A DNA stretch of 64,000 nt, taken from the human T2T-CHM13v2.0 reference genome, Homo sapiens. The notes under the pieces are model-generated. The model did no database searches, had not been told where the DNA came from, and was given only the letters and a program-made list of their open reading frames with translations. Below are positions 29,985 through 44,770 of this stretch, in pieces (the first letter of the stretch is position 1; the number at the start of each line of letters is the position of its first letter). The DNA is taken from NCBI RefSeq assembly GCF_009914755.1, contig NC_060925.1; one strand, given 5' to 3'. The position numbers and the translations under genes were made by a program.

Positions 29985-30837
29985 CTCAATTTAACAACAA
30001 AACAACAACCTGATTTAAAAAATGGGCAAAGGACATGAATAGACATTTCTCCAAAGAAGATATGCCGACAAGCCCATGAAAATATGCTCAACATCACTAA
30101 TCATTAGGGAAATATTAATCAAAACCACAATGAGATACCACTTTACACCCATGAAGATGGCTACTATATAAAATAAACAAACCAAACAGAAAATAACAAG
30201 TATTGCTGAGGACCTGGAGAAACTAGAACCCTTGTACATTGCTGGTGAGAATGTAAAATGGTGCAGCCCTTGTGAAAAACAGCATGATATTTCCATCAAA
30301 AAATTAAAAATATAATTACATATGATACAATAATTTCACTTCTGAGTATGTACTCAAAATAATTGAAAGCAGGTATTTATACACCCAGGCTCATAGCAGC
30401 ATTATTCGTAATAGCCAAAAGATGTAAGCAACACAAGTGTCCACTGACAGATAAATGGATAGACAAAATATGATACATGCATACAATGGATATTATCCAG
30501 CCTTAAAAAAGAAGAAAATTCTGATACATGTCACATCGTGGATGAACCTTGAAGACATTATACCAAATGAAATGAGCCAATTATAAGAGGCAAATCTTAT
30601 GTGATTCCACTTCTATGAGGTGAAAATCATAGAGACAGAAAGTGGAATGGTGTTTGCTGTGGGGTAGGAGGGGAGCATGAAGAGTTGTTGTTTAGTGGTC
30701 TCGGAGTTTCAGTTTGGGAAGACGAAAAAGTTCTGGAGGTGGATGGTGGTGATGGTTGCACAATAATGTGAAATGTATACTTAAAAATGGTGAAAATGGT
30801 AAATTTTATGTGGCGTATATTTTATAATAATAAATAA
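29985..30837 (+). mobile_element. L1MB-like 3' end
   Basis: ORF2 C-terminal DNA, then the 3'UTR motif GTTCTGGAGGTGGATGGTGGTGATGGTTGCACAA. Confidence 0.85.
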
Positions 30838-31054
30838 ATAATTGACTTTCCCTTTTTTTTCTTGAAAAAGATAGAATAGGACTATGCAGTGACATTGGGT
30901 TTGACAATGTTGTTTCCATGACAACAAAGGAGGCATATGAACAAGGGCTCACATGAGCCCACATCTAAGCAGTAGATTACTATGTTATCCAAGAATAGAT
31001 TACAATTCCACCCATAAGCAGTCAAATCCCAGAAGGATTAAAAGGACCTGTGCA

Positions 31055-31600
<546 letters not shown>

Positions 31601-33145
31601 TCAGGTAGAACTCCACTTATCATACATGCTATGTCTCACTTGGGACCCAGGTCACCTGGAGAGCCAGAAATTCCTCCAACCAGAGCAAGAAACCCAGGAG
31701 CTGGCTGAGATCTCCCTGAAACACAGAGGTGGGCCTCACAGCAACAGGGCCAGGAGCCCACTGCAGCAGTGCTCGCAGGGGCATATTGCAGGAGCGGTCT
31801 TGGACTAAGCAGGACACGTCAGTTACCAAGAACGGTGTCTGAAAGAAGCATCAGATAAAAGAATAGGAGACAAACAGGCAAGGGATATGGAAGAAGGTAA
31901 AAGGATAAGGAAGAAGGACGAAGTCTATTAGTTGGAATAGAGTTACTAAATGGGAAGAACTAATGAAATGATAAATTGGAGGGAGAAGATAAGAGTTAAA
32001 CTAGAGGAAGTAGAGTCCAAATGAGGTGCTGGGGTTCCTATGGCTGCTTCTACGTGGACCTCAGAATCACAGAGCACCAGCCTGAGTATCCTGCCATCCG
32101 TGGGTGTGGGGTGCTTCCTCTCCCTGGGCCAGAGATGTCCCTAACAAGGGGGCGAATTCCAGACACATCACAGATTCCACTCTGAAATACACTTAGGAAA
32201 TTCAGTTATCTGAAAACCTCTCAGACAATATCCATTTCACTAATATCATAAAATGACTTCTTCACAAGCAAAGTTAAAAATAGTAGAATTAAAAAGACAA
32301 TTACAGAAAAGTTGGACAAGTTGTGCAAATAGAAAATTATTCCGAAGGTCTTGTCAAACCAATATTTGCTAAGGAGCTAATCCTAACGTTTAGTAGGTGC
32401 TGGCCATTCAGAACCTTGAAGGTTTCAGTGATTATGGCAGTGGAAGAATTTCAGACTGAAGGCTGAATTTGTCCACAAACTGACTTCCTTCTACCCCTGA
32501 GCTGATTTCTTATGGCTATTAATTAATAGAATATGTGGTAATAATGTGCTGGCATGTCATATAAATCTTCATATATTCATCATTTGACTTTATTATTGTG
32601 GGCCTCCTGCGACGAAGATTCATTTCCAGTTAGGCAGTTTTTCCACAGTCTTTGCTATCCTTAGCCCATTTGCAGGAAGTTGTATAATATGTTTTTGTGA
32701 TGTTACTACAAACAAGTATATTGACAGGCACCTAAGCATCTTATTAATTATAAGCCTAGACTACAGAAGTTTCATAATTTTATTTCTTTCATTTAATGTG
32801 CATTTCACTGAATGGAAAAGTTAAAGAAATAAAAAACATTATGTGTTAAAATTAGTTGAGAAAGAAAACTCAGTCGATGCATTTTTTAAGTTAACTTTAA
32901 TGAAGTGCTAATGCCTTGAAACGTAAAGCCAGAACCAGAAATTCTGTTATGGCCCACAGGATACATGCAATAGGAAGAGTTGTGTCCCAAAAGTTGAATA
33001 ACGCCTCATCCCAAACTTAGGACTCCCCCAAATACTGAGCTGCTTCATTTACCTAATCAACAAATACCTAAGGAAACATTAGATGGTTCCTGGATAAATC
33101 AACATAGAAAGATATCAGTGAAAGCCAGAAAATGAGTACCGATTG

Positions 33146-33424
33146 GGCCAGGCGCGGTGGCTCACGCCTGTAAAGCACTTTGGGAGACGGAGGTGGGTGG
33201 ATCACCCGAGGTCAGGAGTTCGAGACCAGCCTGGCCAACATGGTGAAACCCTGCCTCTACTAAAAATACAAAAACAGCTGGGCATGGTGGTGCGTGCTTG
33301 TAATCCCAGCTACTCGGGAGGAGAATCACTTGAACCTGGATTCAAGTGAGGCGAGGTCGCGCCACTGCACTCCAGCCTGGGCGACAGAGTGAGACTCTGT
33401 CTAAAAAAAATAAAAGAAAGAAAC
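33146..33424 (+). mobile_element. AluSx-like with several internal deletions
   Basis: TSD AAAATGAGTAC(C/T)GATT. Confidence 0.93.
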
Positions 33425-34025
33425 AAAATGAGTACTGATTAGACAGCTAATATGTGCAGGGATTCCCAAGGCTCTGAGGATAGTGGGGTGGAGATGAGGA
33501 GGAAGGATGGTGGGCAGGAGGAGTGAGTCAGGGATGGAGCTGACTCCACAATGGACAGAGATGAAGCAAGGAGTTCTCTTGTGTCCAAAGTTATCTGGTG
33601 CAGCCAGTGGCTGAGCCTACTGTGCTCATCACTCACGTCCTCACTTCTCTAGTTTTAGGAAGCTCTGTTGCTTGGAAACGCACATAAAATGTGAAGTGGG
33701 AGTCTTGCAAACCAACCCACTATGCCCTGTTTTTATTACCTTTACAGCTTTTCAAGGTGAAAGTCTACATTTAGCCTCATCTTTTGCTTTCTCTGGGAAA
33801 TTCTAGACAACTGCAGAGAAGCTGTAAAGCTGCTCTTGCCTCAGTGGGACCCTGTGCTTTCATACTCTGACCTACAGGAAGTCTGCAGTCCAGAGCCTGC
33901 ATCTTCTTTAGGACAGTGAATAATCTGGGAGCCATTTATGAAGCGTGCATGACTATTATTCCCTTTATCGTCTCTTAAATTCCACAGTAGAACCTCGGAT
34001 ATGGGAACTTTTTTAAGAAATAGAG

Positions 34026-34030
<5 letters not shown>

Positions 34031-34056
<26 letters not shown>
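34031..34056. repeat. (TA)13 microsatellite
   Basis: Read directly from the sequence. Confidence 0.95.
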
Positions 34057-34596
34057 GTAATGACGGGTAGCTATTTCTAGACCAGTCTATCTGCTGTTGT
34101 GGGAACCTTCCCTAAAAAAAAAGACAGGATCTGTCGACATCTTTCATCTCTCCCCTCCCTTTTATCCCTTCTAGTGAAAAATGCTGCTGCGGTAAAACTC
34201 CCTTTGCATCAATCTTAAGCTTCAAAAGCCATCTTGCTAATGCAAGATGCTGGCATTTTTCTGTGACAAGAAAATGAACAATTTGCTAATTTTTTAAGTG
34301 AATGAAAGCATTTCCTCACATTTCTTCAGAAATAGCAAAAACAAGAAGAGAGTTTTAGGAAAAACATTGAAAACATTGCCAATATGTAGACATCTATATT
34401 TACCAGCAAGAGGGCATTTGACCCTTTTTTCACACCACTGCATATGTGGATTCATGACCTTGTTCCTGCTTTCTATTTGCTATCTCTCACACATCAGATC
34501 ATAAACCATCACTCCACCCAAACCATGCTGGAAAGTTTCTCTAATTCTATAAAGCATACGATAGGTGGCTGCTCAATTAAAGGAATAGGATCTAGG

Positions 34597-34815
34597 CAGG
34601 CGTTTCCAAACTTTTGGCTTCCTTGGGCCACAGTGGAAGAAAAATTGTCTTGGGCCACACGTAAAATACACTAACACTAATGATAGCTGATGAGCTAAGA
34701 AAACAAATTGCAAAAAATATAACATTTTAAGAAAGTTTACAAATGTGTGCTGGGGCCACATTCAAAGCTGTCCTGGGCTGCATGTGGCCCACAGGCTGCA
34801 GGTTGGACAAGCTTG
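34597..34815 (+). mobile_element. MER30 (hAT-Charlie MITE)
   Basis: TTGTCTTGGGCCACACGTAAAATACACTAACACTAATGATAGCTGATGAGCT...GGTTGGACAAGCTTG, with TCTAG on both flanks. Confidence 0.88.
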
Positions 34816-34829
34816 GTCTAGAGTAGGAA

Positions 34830-35085
34830 GATCTAGACCTGAGAGCTGCATACTGATTCCCTGTATAGCCCTGAGCAATGTTATTGACATGAAGTAAGCC
34901 TGCTTTCTCATCTGTAAAATGGGGCTAGCAGTAGAACCTTCTTCAGTTTCTGCCCCTGTAAAAAAGAAATAACATTACACGACTCACTGGGTTAGTGGGA
35001 AGATGAAATGAAATGAAAGGGCATGCAATGTGTGAAGCACAGAGTGCGCTATGCAGCAGACACTTAATCAATGGTAGTTACAAGG
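34830..35085 (+). mobile_element. MIR
   Basis: TTTCTCATCTGTAAAATGGGG core. Confidence 0.7.
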
Positions 35086-35764
35086 ATAATAAAAACATAA
35101 AGATGGTGTCTAGAAAATGCTGTTCAGCTTAGGCTCTGATATCACACTAACACAGCGAGAAGAGCTCTTCTCTGGCCCAAGTGCACAGAGTCTCTTGACA
35201 AATGCTGAGAAGCTCTTGCTGTAGTTAGTCTAAACTAAATTTATTTCACTCAAACTACTCATTAGTTATCTCTATTCCTGAATGCCCTATAGGCACAATG
35301 TATTCAAATTAGGCATCTTAACTTTTGTTCACCTCATGTGGACCTTGCCCTTCTTTCTATATTCATTTAATGTTACCAATCCCTCCTGCAAACAAGCAAC
35401 TTCAGAGTGCCCTATGGCCTCCCTAACTCTCCCTCCTGAACCATGAACCATTCCACCTCCTGAATGTGCCCTAAAGCCATCATCCTCACCACTCCTTGAC
35501 CACTACTGCCTTATATCAGGACTCTCTTCTTCTCTCTCCTGCACTATTGCAATAGCTTCTTAGTGGTTCTTTCTCTCTAATCTCTTTGCCTTCTGCACCA
35601 CCTCCTTCCATACACTCTTACTGCAGTGATCATTCTAAAAAGCAACTTGGTCATGTTACTACCGTGACTAAGCCCCTGCAATCCCTCCCTATCAAGAAAA
35701 TAATTATCTACAAACTCTTGGGCAAGCGTACAGGCTCCACATGCTCTAGCCCTTCCTTCCCATG

Positions 35765-35815
35765 CCAACCTCACCCCTACCAACGTCACCCCCACCAACC
35801 TCACCCCCACCAATC
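35765..35815. repeat. 15-bp minisatellite CCAACCTCACCCCCA, ~3.4 copies
   Basis: Units start at 35765, 35780 and 35795. Confidence 0.85.
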
Positions 35816-35870
35816 TTTCCTGGTTGCCTACATGTCAATAATGGGAAACTGTTTGTAATCCCAAGAATAC

Positions 35871-36373
35871 TGTGGTAGCCAGACTCCAAGATGGCCCTAG
35901 TGATCCCTGCTCCTGGAGTTCACCCTTTTTGTGGTCCTCTCCCACCTCCATATTGTACCAGGGTTGGTCTGTATGACCAACAGCATGGCAGAAGTGAGGA
36001 TATGTCAGTTCTGAGATTAGGTTATAAATAACTGTGGCTTCTGTCTTTGATTCTTTCTCTTCAATTACTCACTCTCTGGGAAGCCAAATGCCATGCTGTG
36101 TCCTATAAGCAACTTTATGGAGAGGCCCATGTGGTGAGGCACTGAAGCCTTCTGCAGCAGTCACATGAGTGAGCTTAGATACTGCTTCTTCAGCCCCTTC
36201 AGATGACTGCAGCCCCAGCCAACAACTTGGCTGCAATCTCATGATTGACCATAGGGCAGGATCAGATGGTTAAGATTGATGACCCTCAGAAATGATGAAC
36301 TCTTAAACATTTATTGTTTTAAGCTGCTAAGTTTGGGCAGTAATCTGTGACCTAGCAATAGACAATGAATGCA
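35871..36373 (+). mobile_element. MLT1F-like LTR within an L2
   Basis: TGTGGTAGCCAGACTCCAAGATGGCCC start and GAGAGGCCCATGTGG motif. Confidence 0.82.
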
Positions 36374-36574
36374 AATCTCATCTTCATTTACACTTCATTT
36401 TTTTCGTGTATTCCTTTAAGAATGGTACCATTCACTGCACCATGCAAGCCTCAGCTGAGCAGCCACTTGCTCTACAAAACTACCTTGCTTCTCCTCAATA
36501 TCCTCTCTGATCTGTCATTTTTGTTTACATAGCATCTAATATTTACCTCAACTGTAGCACTTGTCACATTGTCT

Positions 36575-37574
36575 TGTGATGGAGTAATGCCGCCCACCCA
36601 CCCCCCTACCCCCACCAAAATATCCACATGCTAATCCCCAAACCTGTGAATGGTAAAGTTCCTTTAAGTGACAAAAGGGAATTTGTAGATGTGATTAAGT
36701 TAAGGATCTTGAATTTATTGCACAGCAGTGTGGCTATGGTTAATAGTCATAAGTTGTATATTTCAAAATTGCTAAAAGAATGGATTTTAAATGTTCTCAT
36801 TACACAAAAAGAATAAGCACAGTCATCCACACACACAATGTTTCAGCCCACGATGGATGACTGTGGTCCCATAAGATTATAATACTGTATTTTTACTATA
36901 CCTTTTCTATGTTTACATATGTTTAGACATATAAATACCTAGCTTGTGTTACAACTGCCTGCAATATTCAGTACAGTAACCAGCTGAACAGGTTTGTAGC
37001 CTAGGAGCAATAGGCCATACCATTTCTCAGAATGTATCCCACTTGTTAAGCAATGCATGATTATGTGTGAAATGATGGATATGTTAATTAGCTTGATACA
37101 ATCATTCCACAATGTATACATATATCAAAACATCACATTGTACCTCAGAAATATAGATAATTATTTTCTGTCAATTAAAATATAGATCATGAAAATATAT
37201 TAAATATAAATAAATATATTAAAAAATATATAGCTATATACATTTAAGTCAAAGATCTTGAGTGACCCAGGAGGAGTCAGAGTGAGAGTGGAAGGCCAGT
37301 GAGGATGGAAGCAGAGATTGAAGAGATGTCCTTTAATGATGGAGGAAGGGCTATGAGCCAAGAATACAGGCAGCCTCTAGAAGCTGAAAAGGACAAGAAA
37401 ACAGATGCTCCCATAATGCTTCCGTAAGGGACAGACTCCTGACACCTTGATTTTTAGCAGAATAAGATCCATTTTGGACTTCTAACTTCCAGAACTGTAA
37501 GAGAATAAATATGCATTGTTTTAAGCCACTAAGCTTGTGGTAATTTGTCACAGCAGCAATAGGAAACTAATGCA
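36575..37574 (+). mobile_element. MLT1C/D-like LTR containing a nested L1M 3' end (36713-37243)
   Basis: The LTR halves rejoin across the TSD TTAAGT(T/C)AA(G/A)GATCTTGA. Confidence 0.8.
36820..37063 (+). mobile_element. Tigger3a-like MITE with an internal deletion
   Basis: GGTCCCATAAGATTATAATACTGTATTTTTACT and GTAGCCTAGGAGCAATAGGC motifs. Confidence 0.85.
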
Positions 37575-38688
37575 CCCTGTAATTGTTTGCTTACCCTCCT
37601 TCCCCTCACATACACACTAGACTGTTCGCTCCTGAGAGACTGTCACATCTCTCTGTTTATTCCCAGCACCTAAAGCAATGCCTGGCATATATCAACATGC
37701 CAAAGTGCTCAATAAAAATGTGTCTTTTTGTCAAATAAATGAACTATTTAAATCCTTCAGGCTATAGTTTAAATATTTTATTTATTATACAATCAAATGT
37801 AATGGCTTCCTTCAAGCAAATTTTTTTCCCTGGTGAAATAATTAGTTTCCTGTGATCCAGACAGACCCAGAATTCCTGCCTAGGGAAAAAAAATATCAAA
37901 GGCATATCCTTGGAGCAAGAAAGAATGTTGGAGGTCATCCCCTGGGTGTGACTGAGTAGATTATTTCTAGAGTAAGTCTATTTCCTTGAGTGCAAAGTTT
38001 AAAAGAGACATAAAAATGTGCACAGAGTCCAGTAAAGAAATTCAAATATAGGTAAAGGGCTGGGTTCTAGATGGTGGCATCTGATCTTACGGAGGGTACA
38101 ACCACTCTGCCCCTAAAAAAGCTGTGAGACCCTGGGAAAGCCACTTATTCTCAGTTCCTTCACCTGTATAATGAAGTGGTTGATTAAGATTCATTCAGTA
38201 ATTCATTCCACAAAGTTATTGAACATCTACTACCTACCAGGTACAGTTCTAGATTTCGGGAGCACAACTTTAAACAAAACTCCCTGCCTGGTGGATTCTA
38301 CAGGGGAAGTTAGACAATAAATAAAATAAATAAGAAAGATATACAGTATGTTACATGGTGACAATGCTATGGAGAACAGTAAAACAGGGAAAGGGGTAGT
38401 GGATATGAGAGTGGAGGTGGGTGAGGAATTCAGTTTTCAGTAGGCTCTCAGGAAGGTATCACTGAGAAGGTAAAGTTTGAATAAAGTCTAGGGAAGATGA
38501 AGAAACATCCAGATAACAGGGGAAGGTTTTCTAGGAGTGGAAATAGCAAGTGTGAAGGCCCTGAGGTAGGAGCATGTCTCGTGTGCTTGGATGCTCAAGG
38601 AATGGCAAGGAGGCCAATGTGGCAGCAACAGAAGTGAGCAGGAGATAAGATCAGGAGCGGTTTTAGGGAGGGATCAGTTACTATAGAC

Positions 38689-39022
38689 CAGCTCTGTCCA
38701 ATGGAAATATAATTCAAGCCACAAACATGAACCAGATATGTAACTTTTAATTTTCTAGTAGCCACAGTAAAAAAGTAAAAAGAAACAAGTAAAATTGATT
38801 TTAATAATATATTTTATTTATCCAATGTACCAAAAATATTATAATTTCCATGTATAATTACTATGAAAATTATTAATGAGGTATTTTACATTCTTACTTA
38901 TTTTACATTATTTCAAACTAAGTTTTCAAAGTCCGGTGTGTATTTTGCATCTCAATTCCAACTGGCCCCATCTCATGTGCTCTATAGCCACATGTGGCCT
39001 GTTGTGACTGCCTTGGACAGCA
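38689..39022. mobile_element. MER33 (hAT-Charlie)
   Basis: CTGTCCAATGGAAATATAAT...TAGCCACATGTGGC...TTGGACAG. Confidence 0.82.
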
Positions 39023-39129
39023 TTACTGTAGAGCTTGATGGGCTTTTGTAAGGCCTTTCAAAGTTTTTTTACCTTGGAGGAAACACAAAGCAATCAGAGG
39101 GTTTTGAGCAGAGTAGCAACATGATCTAA

Positions 39130-39431
<302 letters not shown>

Positions 39432-40030
39432 CTAACTTGTATTTTAAAAGGACCGTGTTGGTTGCTGTGTTGAGATAGACTACAGGGACAAGGGAAGAAG
39501 CAGGGAGACAAGATGGGAGGCTCCAGTAGTCATGCAGGCAAGAAGTGGTAGTGGTCCCACCTTCATTGCAACAGTGGAGGTGGGACAAGTGGTGGAACTC
39601 AGAACACATTTCAAAGGTGGAGCCAACAGGGTCTCCTGACTGACTGAATAGATCATGAGAGGAAGTGGGGTGTTGAGAATGAAGCCAGTGGGAAAAAACA
39701 TTATGAAGCGTTTCTCAGGTTTTAATCACTTGGTCACAACATTTAAATTTTCCAAGCCCATATATACTTCTCTGCAAAATGCAGAGGCAAGAACGTGCCA
39801 GGTCTGTTCCAGGAAGGACAAGGAAGCCAGCATAGTTGCAGAGGAGCAAGCAAGGAGGAAAGTGGTAGGAGACAGGGTCAGAAAGGTGATGGGAAGGTGT
39901 TTATAAAGGGATTATGTTGCTCTTTCTACAAATTCAGAGTATACAGGGGATAATGAGTAAAGTCACCCACAAACGAAGCCTGTGCCACTGGGCTGTGGTT
40001 AAGAACTCAGCCTCAGACTCTTCCGGGTCA

Positions 40031-40633
40031 TGTAAAAGATAAACAAACCCAGATGTTAGTTAAAATAGTGAAAACTGATTTTGTTCAGTAGCTACCGACA
40101 ACAAGGGAAAGGGCTGAGCTCCATTCAGATTTGCACAGAGGTGACTGGGTGTTTTTAAAGGAGAATGAGAGAGTAGGAGAGGCGTGAGCGGAGGCTCAGT
40201 GGAATCAGGGAAGTGAAAAATTACAAAAGGTTGGTCAATGCAAATACAGTTAAGCCAACTGTGAATGCTTGCTGGCAGTTATTGAAGTTAGGCTGCTATC
40301 CTCCCACAGAGACTGAGACAGAGGCCCTAACCTTCCTGAGGATTATATTTCAAAGGAATGGCTTTCAAGTCCTTGAGAAAGACACTCCTGAGTTGCAGGA
40401 GATGCATACACATCTGGAAGGGACAGAGGAAAGATTCACAATTGTCAGCCCTTTTTAGTAAATGCTGCAAGAAAGGGAGGTTAGGGACTGAACTCTTCCG
40501 GAGAGGAACTCAAAAAGTGTTTGAGTCTTCCCAGAGACAAGGCTCAGGCTGCTAAAAGCCATGCTAAAGTATGGCTAAGTCTCTCAAGAGAGGGTGAATA
40601 ACGTGTTTGTGCCCAGAGTTTTTGCAGTTCTCA
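40031..40633 (-). mobile_element. ERV1 solo LTR (MER67/MER31-like)
   Basis: TG...CA termini, 4-bp TSD G(T/C)CA, and homology to the LTR at 57586-58308. Confidence 0.7.
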
Positions 40634-41194
40634 GCCAAAATGATCCATTTCTATGGGGGTTTTTTCTTCTTTTTATTTCAAAAATTCAGTTTAACTAATA
40701 TATATTGAAAACATAGACAATTTGTAAAACAGAGTCTTTTGATTTGCTCCAAAATGAGAAAGTTGTACAGAGGTAAATCTGCTGTGAAAGTAATAAAGCT
40801 TAAGCTTTAGAATCCTCATTTTTACAGACCTCTTCTGAGGGCCTTTGTACTTAATTTTATATTCATACATTGATTTTTTTTTTCCTTAAAGAGGCTATGT
40901 CCAAGTTAGATAAGCCTTAAGACCAACACAACCCCCTACTTAGGAAAAGCTTTCCACCTTAGACCTAGCCTAGGAATAAAAACAACTGACGGGTAAAAGT
41001 AGGGGAGAGGCTGGGACACACCTGTCTGTTAAGCATTCCTGGCCAGGGCCTGTCATTTACATAGCAGGAAAAGCAGCCAACACCTACCCAGCTGCTGCTC
41101 TTTAGAAAGGTGAAGTTAAACAAAGAGGACTATCCAGAAGATTTATATGTTTGCCCTTCCCAACCTGGTTAGTTATAAAATCAGGTGTGCTGCT

Positions 41195-44020
41195 TTTTTT
41201 AAAAAAGTAGATTTTATTTTTTTAGAGCAGTTTTAGGTTTGCAACAAAACTGAGCAGAAGGTAGAGATTTCTCATATATTCCCAGTGCTGACACAGGCAT
41301 TTTCAACATCCCCCAATTTTAACATCTTCACCACAGTGGTACATTTGTTACAATTGACGAAACTATATTGACACAGTATTATCACCCAAAGACTATAGTT
41401 TGCATTAGGGTTCACTTTGTGTTGTACATTCTCTGAGTCTGAACAAATTCATAATGACCTGTATCCACCATTATAGTATCATATAGAATAGTTTTACTGC
41501 TCTAAAAATCCTCTGTGCTCCACCTATTCATCTCCCTTTTCCTCTTAAGCCCTGGCAACCACTGATCATTTTACTGTCTCAGTAGTTCTACCTTTTTCGG
41601 GATCTCAGATACTTGGAACCCTACAGTATGTAGCCTTTTCAGACTGGCTTCTTTCGCTTAATAATATACATGTAAGTTTCCTCCATGTCTTTTCATGATG
41701 TGATAGCTCATTTCTTTTTAGTGCTGAATAATATTCCCTTGTCTGGATGTACCACAGTTTATTTATCCATTCACCTACCGAAGGACATCTCAGTTGCTTC
41801 CAAGTGTTAGCAATTTTGAATAAAGCTGCCATAAACATCCATATGCGTGTTTATGTGTAGACATAATACCAAAAGAGCATGATTGCTGGATTATATAGTA
41901 AGAGAATGTTTATTTTGTAAGAAACTACAAAACTATCTTCCAAAGTGGCTGTATAATTTGCATTCCCACCAGCAATGAATGAGAGTTGCTGTTGCTCCAC
42001 ATCCTTACCACCAATTGGTGTTGTCAGTGTTCCAGATTTGGACCAGTCTAATATGTATGTAGTGGTACTTCATTGTTGCTTTAATTTGCATTGCCCTGAT
42101 GACATATGATATGGAACATCTCTTCATATGCTTATTTGCCATGTGCATATCTTCTTTAGTAAGGTGTCTGTTAAGATCTTTGGCCCATTTTTTTTAATTG
42201 GGTTGTTTGTTTTCTTATTGCTGAGTTTTAAGAGGTTTTCTTTTGTTTTTTGTTTTTTGTTTTTTTTGTATTTTGGAAAACAGTCCATTATCAGAAGTGT
42301 CTTTTGCAAATATTTTCTCCCAGTCTTTGGATTATCTTCTCATTATCTTGACATTGTCTTTTGTAAAGCAGAAGTTTTTTAATTTTAGTGAAGTCTGGTT
42401 TATCAATTATTTCTTTCATGGATTATGTCTTTGGTGTTGTATCTAAAGAGTCATCACTATACCCATACTCATCTAGATTTTCTCCTGTCTCATTACATTC
42501 TAGGAGTGTTACAGTTTTACATTTTACATTTAGGTCTGCGATCCATTTTGAGTTAATTTCTGTGAAGAAAGTAAGGGTCGTGTCTTACTCATTTTTTGTG
42601 TGTATGTGATGTCCAGTTGTTCTGGGATCATTTGTTGAAGACTCTTTGTTCCATTGTATTGCCTTTGCTCCTTTGACATACACTATCTGCAGGGTTTATC
42701 TCTGAGCTCTCTATTCTGTTCCACTGATCTATTTGTCTATTCTTTTACCAATACCACACTGTCTAGATGACTATAGCTTTATATTAACTATTGAAGTCAG
42801 ATAGTGTCAGTCCTCCAACTTTATTCTTCTTCAATGTTGTGTTGGCACTTCTGGGTCTTTTGTCTCTGCAGATGAACTTTAGAATCAACCTGTTAATCTC
42901 CACAAAATGGCTCGCTGGGATTTTAATTTTGATTACACTGAATCTATAGATCAAGTTGGCAACAGCTGACATCTTGACAACATTGAATCTTCCCATCCAC
43001 GAACACGTAGTATTTTTCCATTTGTTTAGTTCCTCTTTGATATCTTTCATTAAAGTTTTTCAGTGTTTCTCACGTGGATCTTGTATTTATTTTGGTAGAT
43101 TTATACATATTTTATTTTGGGGAAATACTTTTTTTTATTTCAAATTTCATTTGTTCATTGCTGGTTGTCATGGATTGAATATATTATGAAGAGAAATTTA
43201 ATCCCCATTGCAACAGTGCTGAGAGGTGGGATCTATAAGAGGTGATTAGGACATGAAGGGCTCTGTTCTAATGAATGGATTCATGCTTCTTGTGGGTGAG
43301 GGTTCCTAATAAAACAATGAATTTGGCTCCCCTCCCCTCCCTTTCCCTCCGCCTCCCTCCTTCCCTCCCACCTCCTCCTCCTTCCCTCCCCCCTGCCCTC
43401 TCCTTCCTTTTCCTTCTATATACATGCTCTCTTGCCCTTCTGCCTTCAACCGTGGGATGACACAACATGAAGGACCTCACCAGATGTAAGCCCCTCAACC
43501 TTGGACTTCTCAGCCTCCAGAACTGTAAGAAATAAATTTCTGTTCTTTATAAATTACCTAGTCTTGGGTATTCTGTTGTAGAAGCATAAAACAGACTAAG
43601 ACACTGGTATATTGGAGAACAATTGACTTTTGTATATTAACCTAGTATTCCTCAACCTTCCTATAATTACTTATTAGCTCCAGGAGACTTTTCTGCCAAT
43701 TTTTTTCAGGTTTTCTTCATAGATAATCATGTCATCTGCAAACAAAGACAGTTTTGTTATTTCCCTCCCAATCTGTAGCTTTTATTTCTTTTTTCTTTCT
43801 TGCTGTATTATCTAGAATTTTTCATCTGCTCTTCAGAAGCAGTGGAGAGAGGAAACATTTTGCCTTGCTCCTGGTTTTATGGGAAAGCTTCAAGTTTCTC
43901 ATCATTAAGTATGATGTTAACTGTAGGGTGTTTGGGTTTTTTTTGTTTTTTTTTTTTTTTTTTCAGATATTCTTTATCAAGTTGAGGAAATTTCCCTCTA
44001 TTCCTAGTTTACTTAGAATT
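41195..44020 (-). mobile_element. L1MC-like 3' region, interrupted by an MST LTR
   Basis: TTTAGAGCAGTTTTAGGTTT 3' signature and ORF2 remnants (KDIKEELNKWK...SWMGRFNVVKM). Confidence 0.85.
43166..43603 (+). mobile_element. MST-family MaLR solo LTR with an internal CCCT-rich expansion
   Basis: TG...GACTAAGACA; perfect 5-bp TSD CTGGT. Confidence 0.85.
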
Positions 44021-44490
44021 GGGTATTTCCCTTCTTCCAGGTCAGTTAGGCGTTGGTAAAACCCCTGAAGTTTAGGCTCTGGCTAAGCAGTTCCTCCTAA
44101 GAGCAGACCACGTTCAGAAGAACAGAGTGTTCTGGTGTATTTTTAAATAGTTCTTTTCCCCTTCCCCTGGCAGAAGCATGACAGGATTTTTCTCCAATAT
44201 TCACTGTGGGGGTGTGGTAGAGCTTCTAAAGGTAAAACACAAAAATGTGGGGGTCTCCTAATGACTGAGTCCCCCTGGAGTTTTTGACTTGCCCACACTC
44301 AGCCTCCAGCAATTCATCAATTACAGTTAAGATTTTCCTACATGGGCACCGGTTGCTGCAGAGGTTACTACTCATGGTTTCCTGCTCACAGAGTTGTGAT
44401 TCTCTGTATTCCCCTGTTGGTCTCTCCAATTTGGGGGACAGCAGTTTGCCCTATAATCTAACCTCTCTTAGAGATCTAAAAAGAGTTGTT

Positions 44491-44770
44491 GCAGAGTCTT
44501 ACCCTCTCACCCAGGCTGGAGTGCAGTGGCACTATCATGGCTCACTGTAACTTCCAACTCCTGGGCTCAAGTGATCCTTCCACTTCAGCCTCCGAAGTTG
44601 CTGTGACTACAGGTGTGCGCCACCATACCAGGCTAATTTTTGTATTTTTTTGTAGAGATGGGGTTTCACCATGTTTCCCAGGCTTGTCTTGAACTCCTGG
44701 GCTCAAGTGATTGGAACCGCCTCAACCTCCCCAAGTGCTGGGATTACAGATGAGAGTCGCTGTGCCTGGT
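44491..44770 (-). mobile_element. AluJ lacking an A-tail
   Basis: CTCCTGGGCTCAAGTGATCC diagnostics; no poly-T run at the left end. Confidence 0.88.

Noticed and set aside
35765-35815. Short repeat array as CRISPR-like
   Set aside because: It is a head-to-tail tandem repeat with no spacers, in mammalian DNA.
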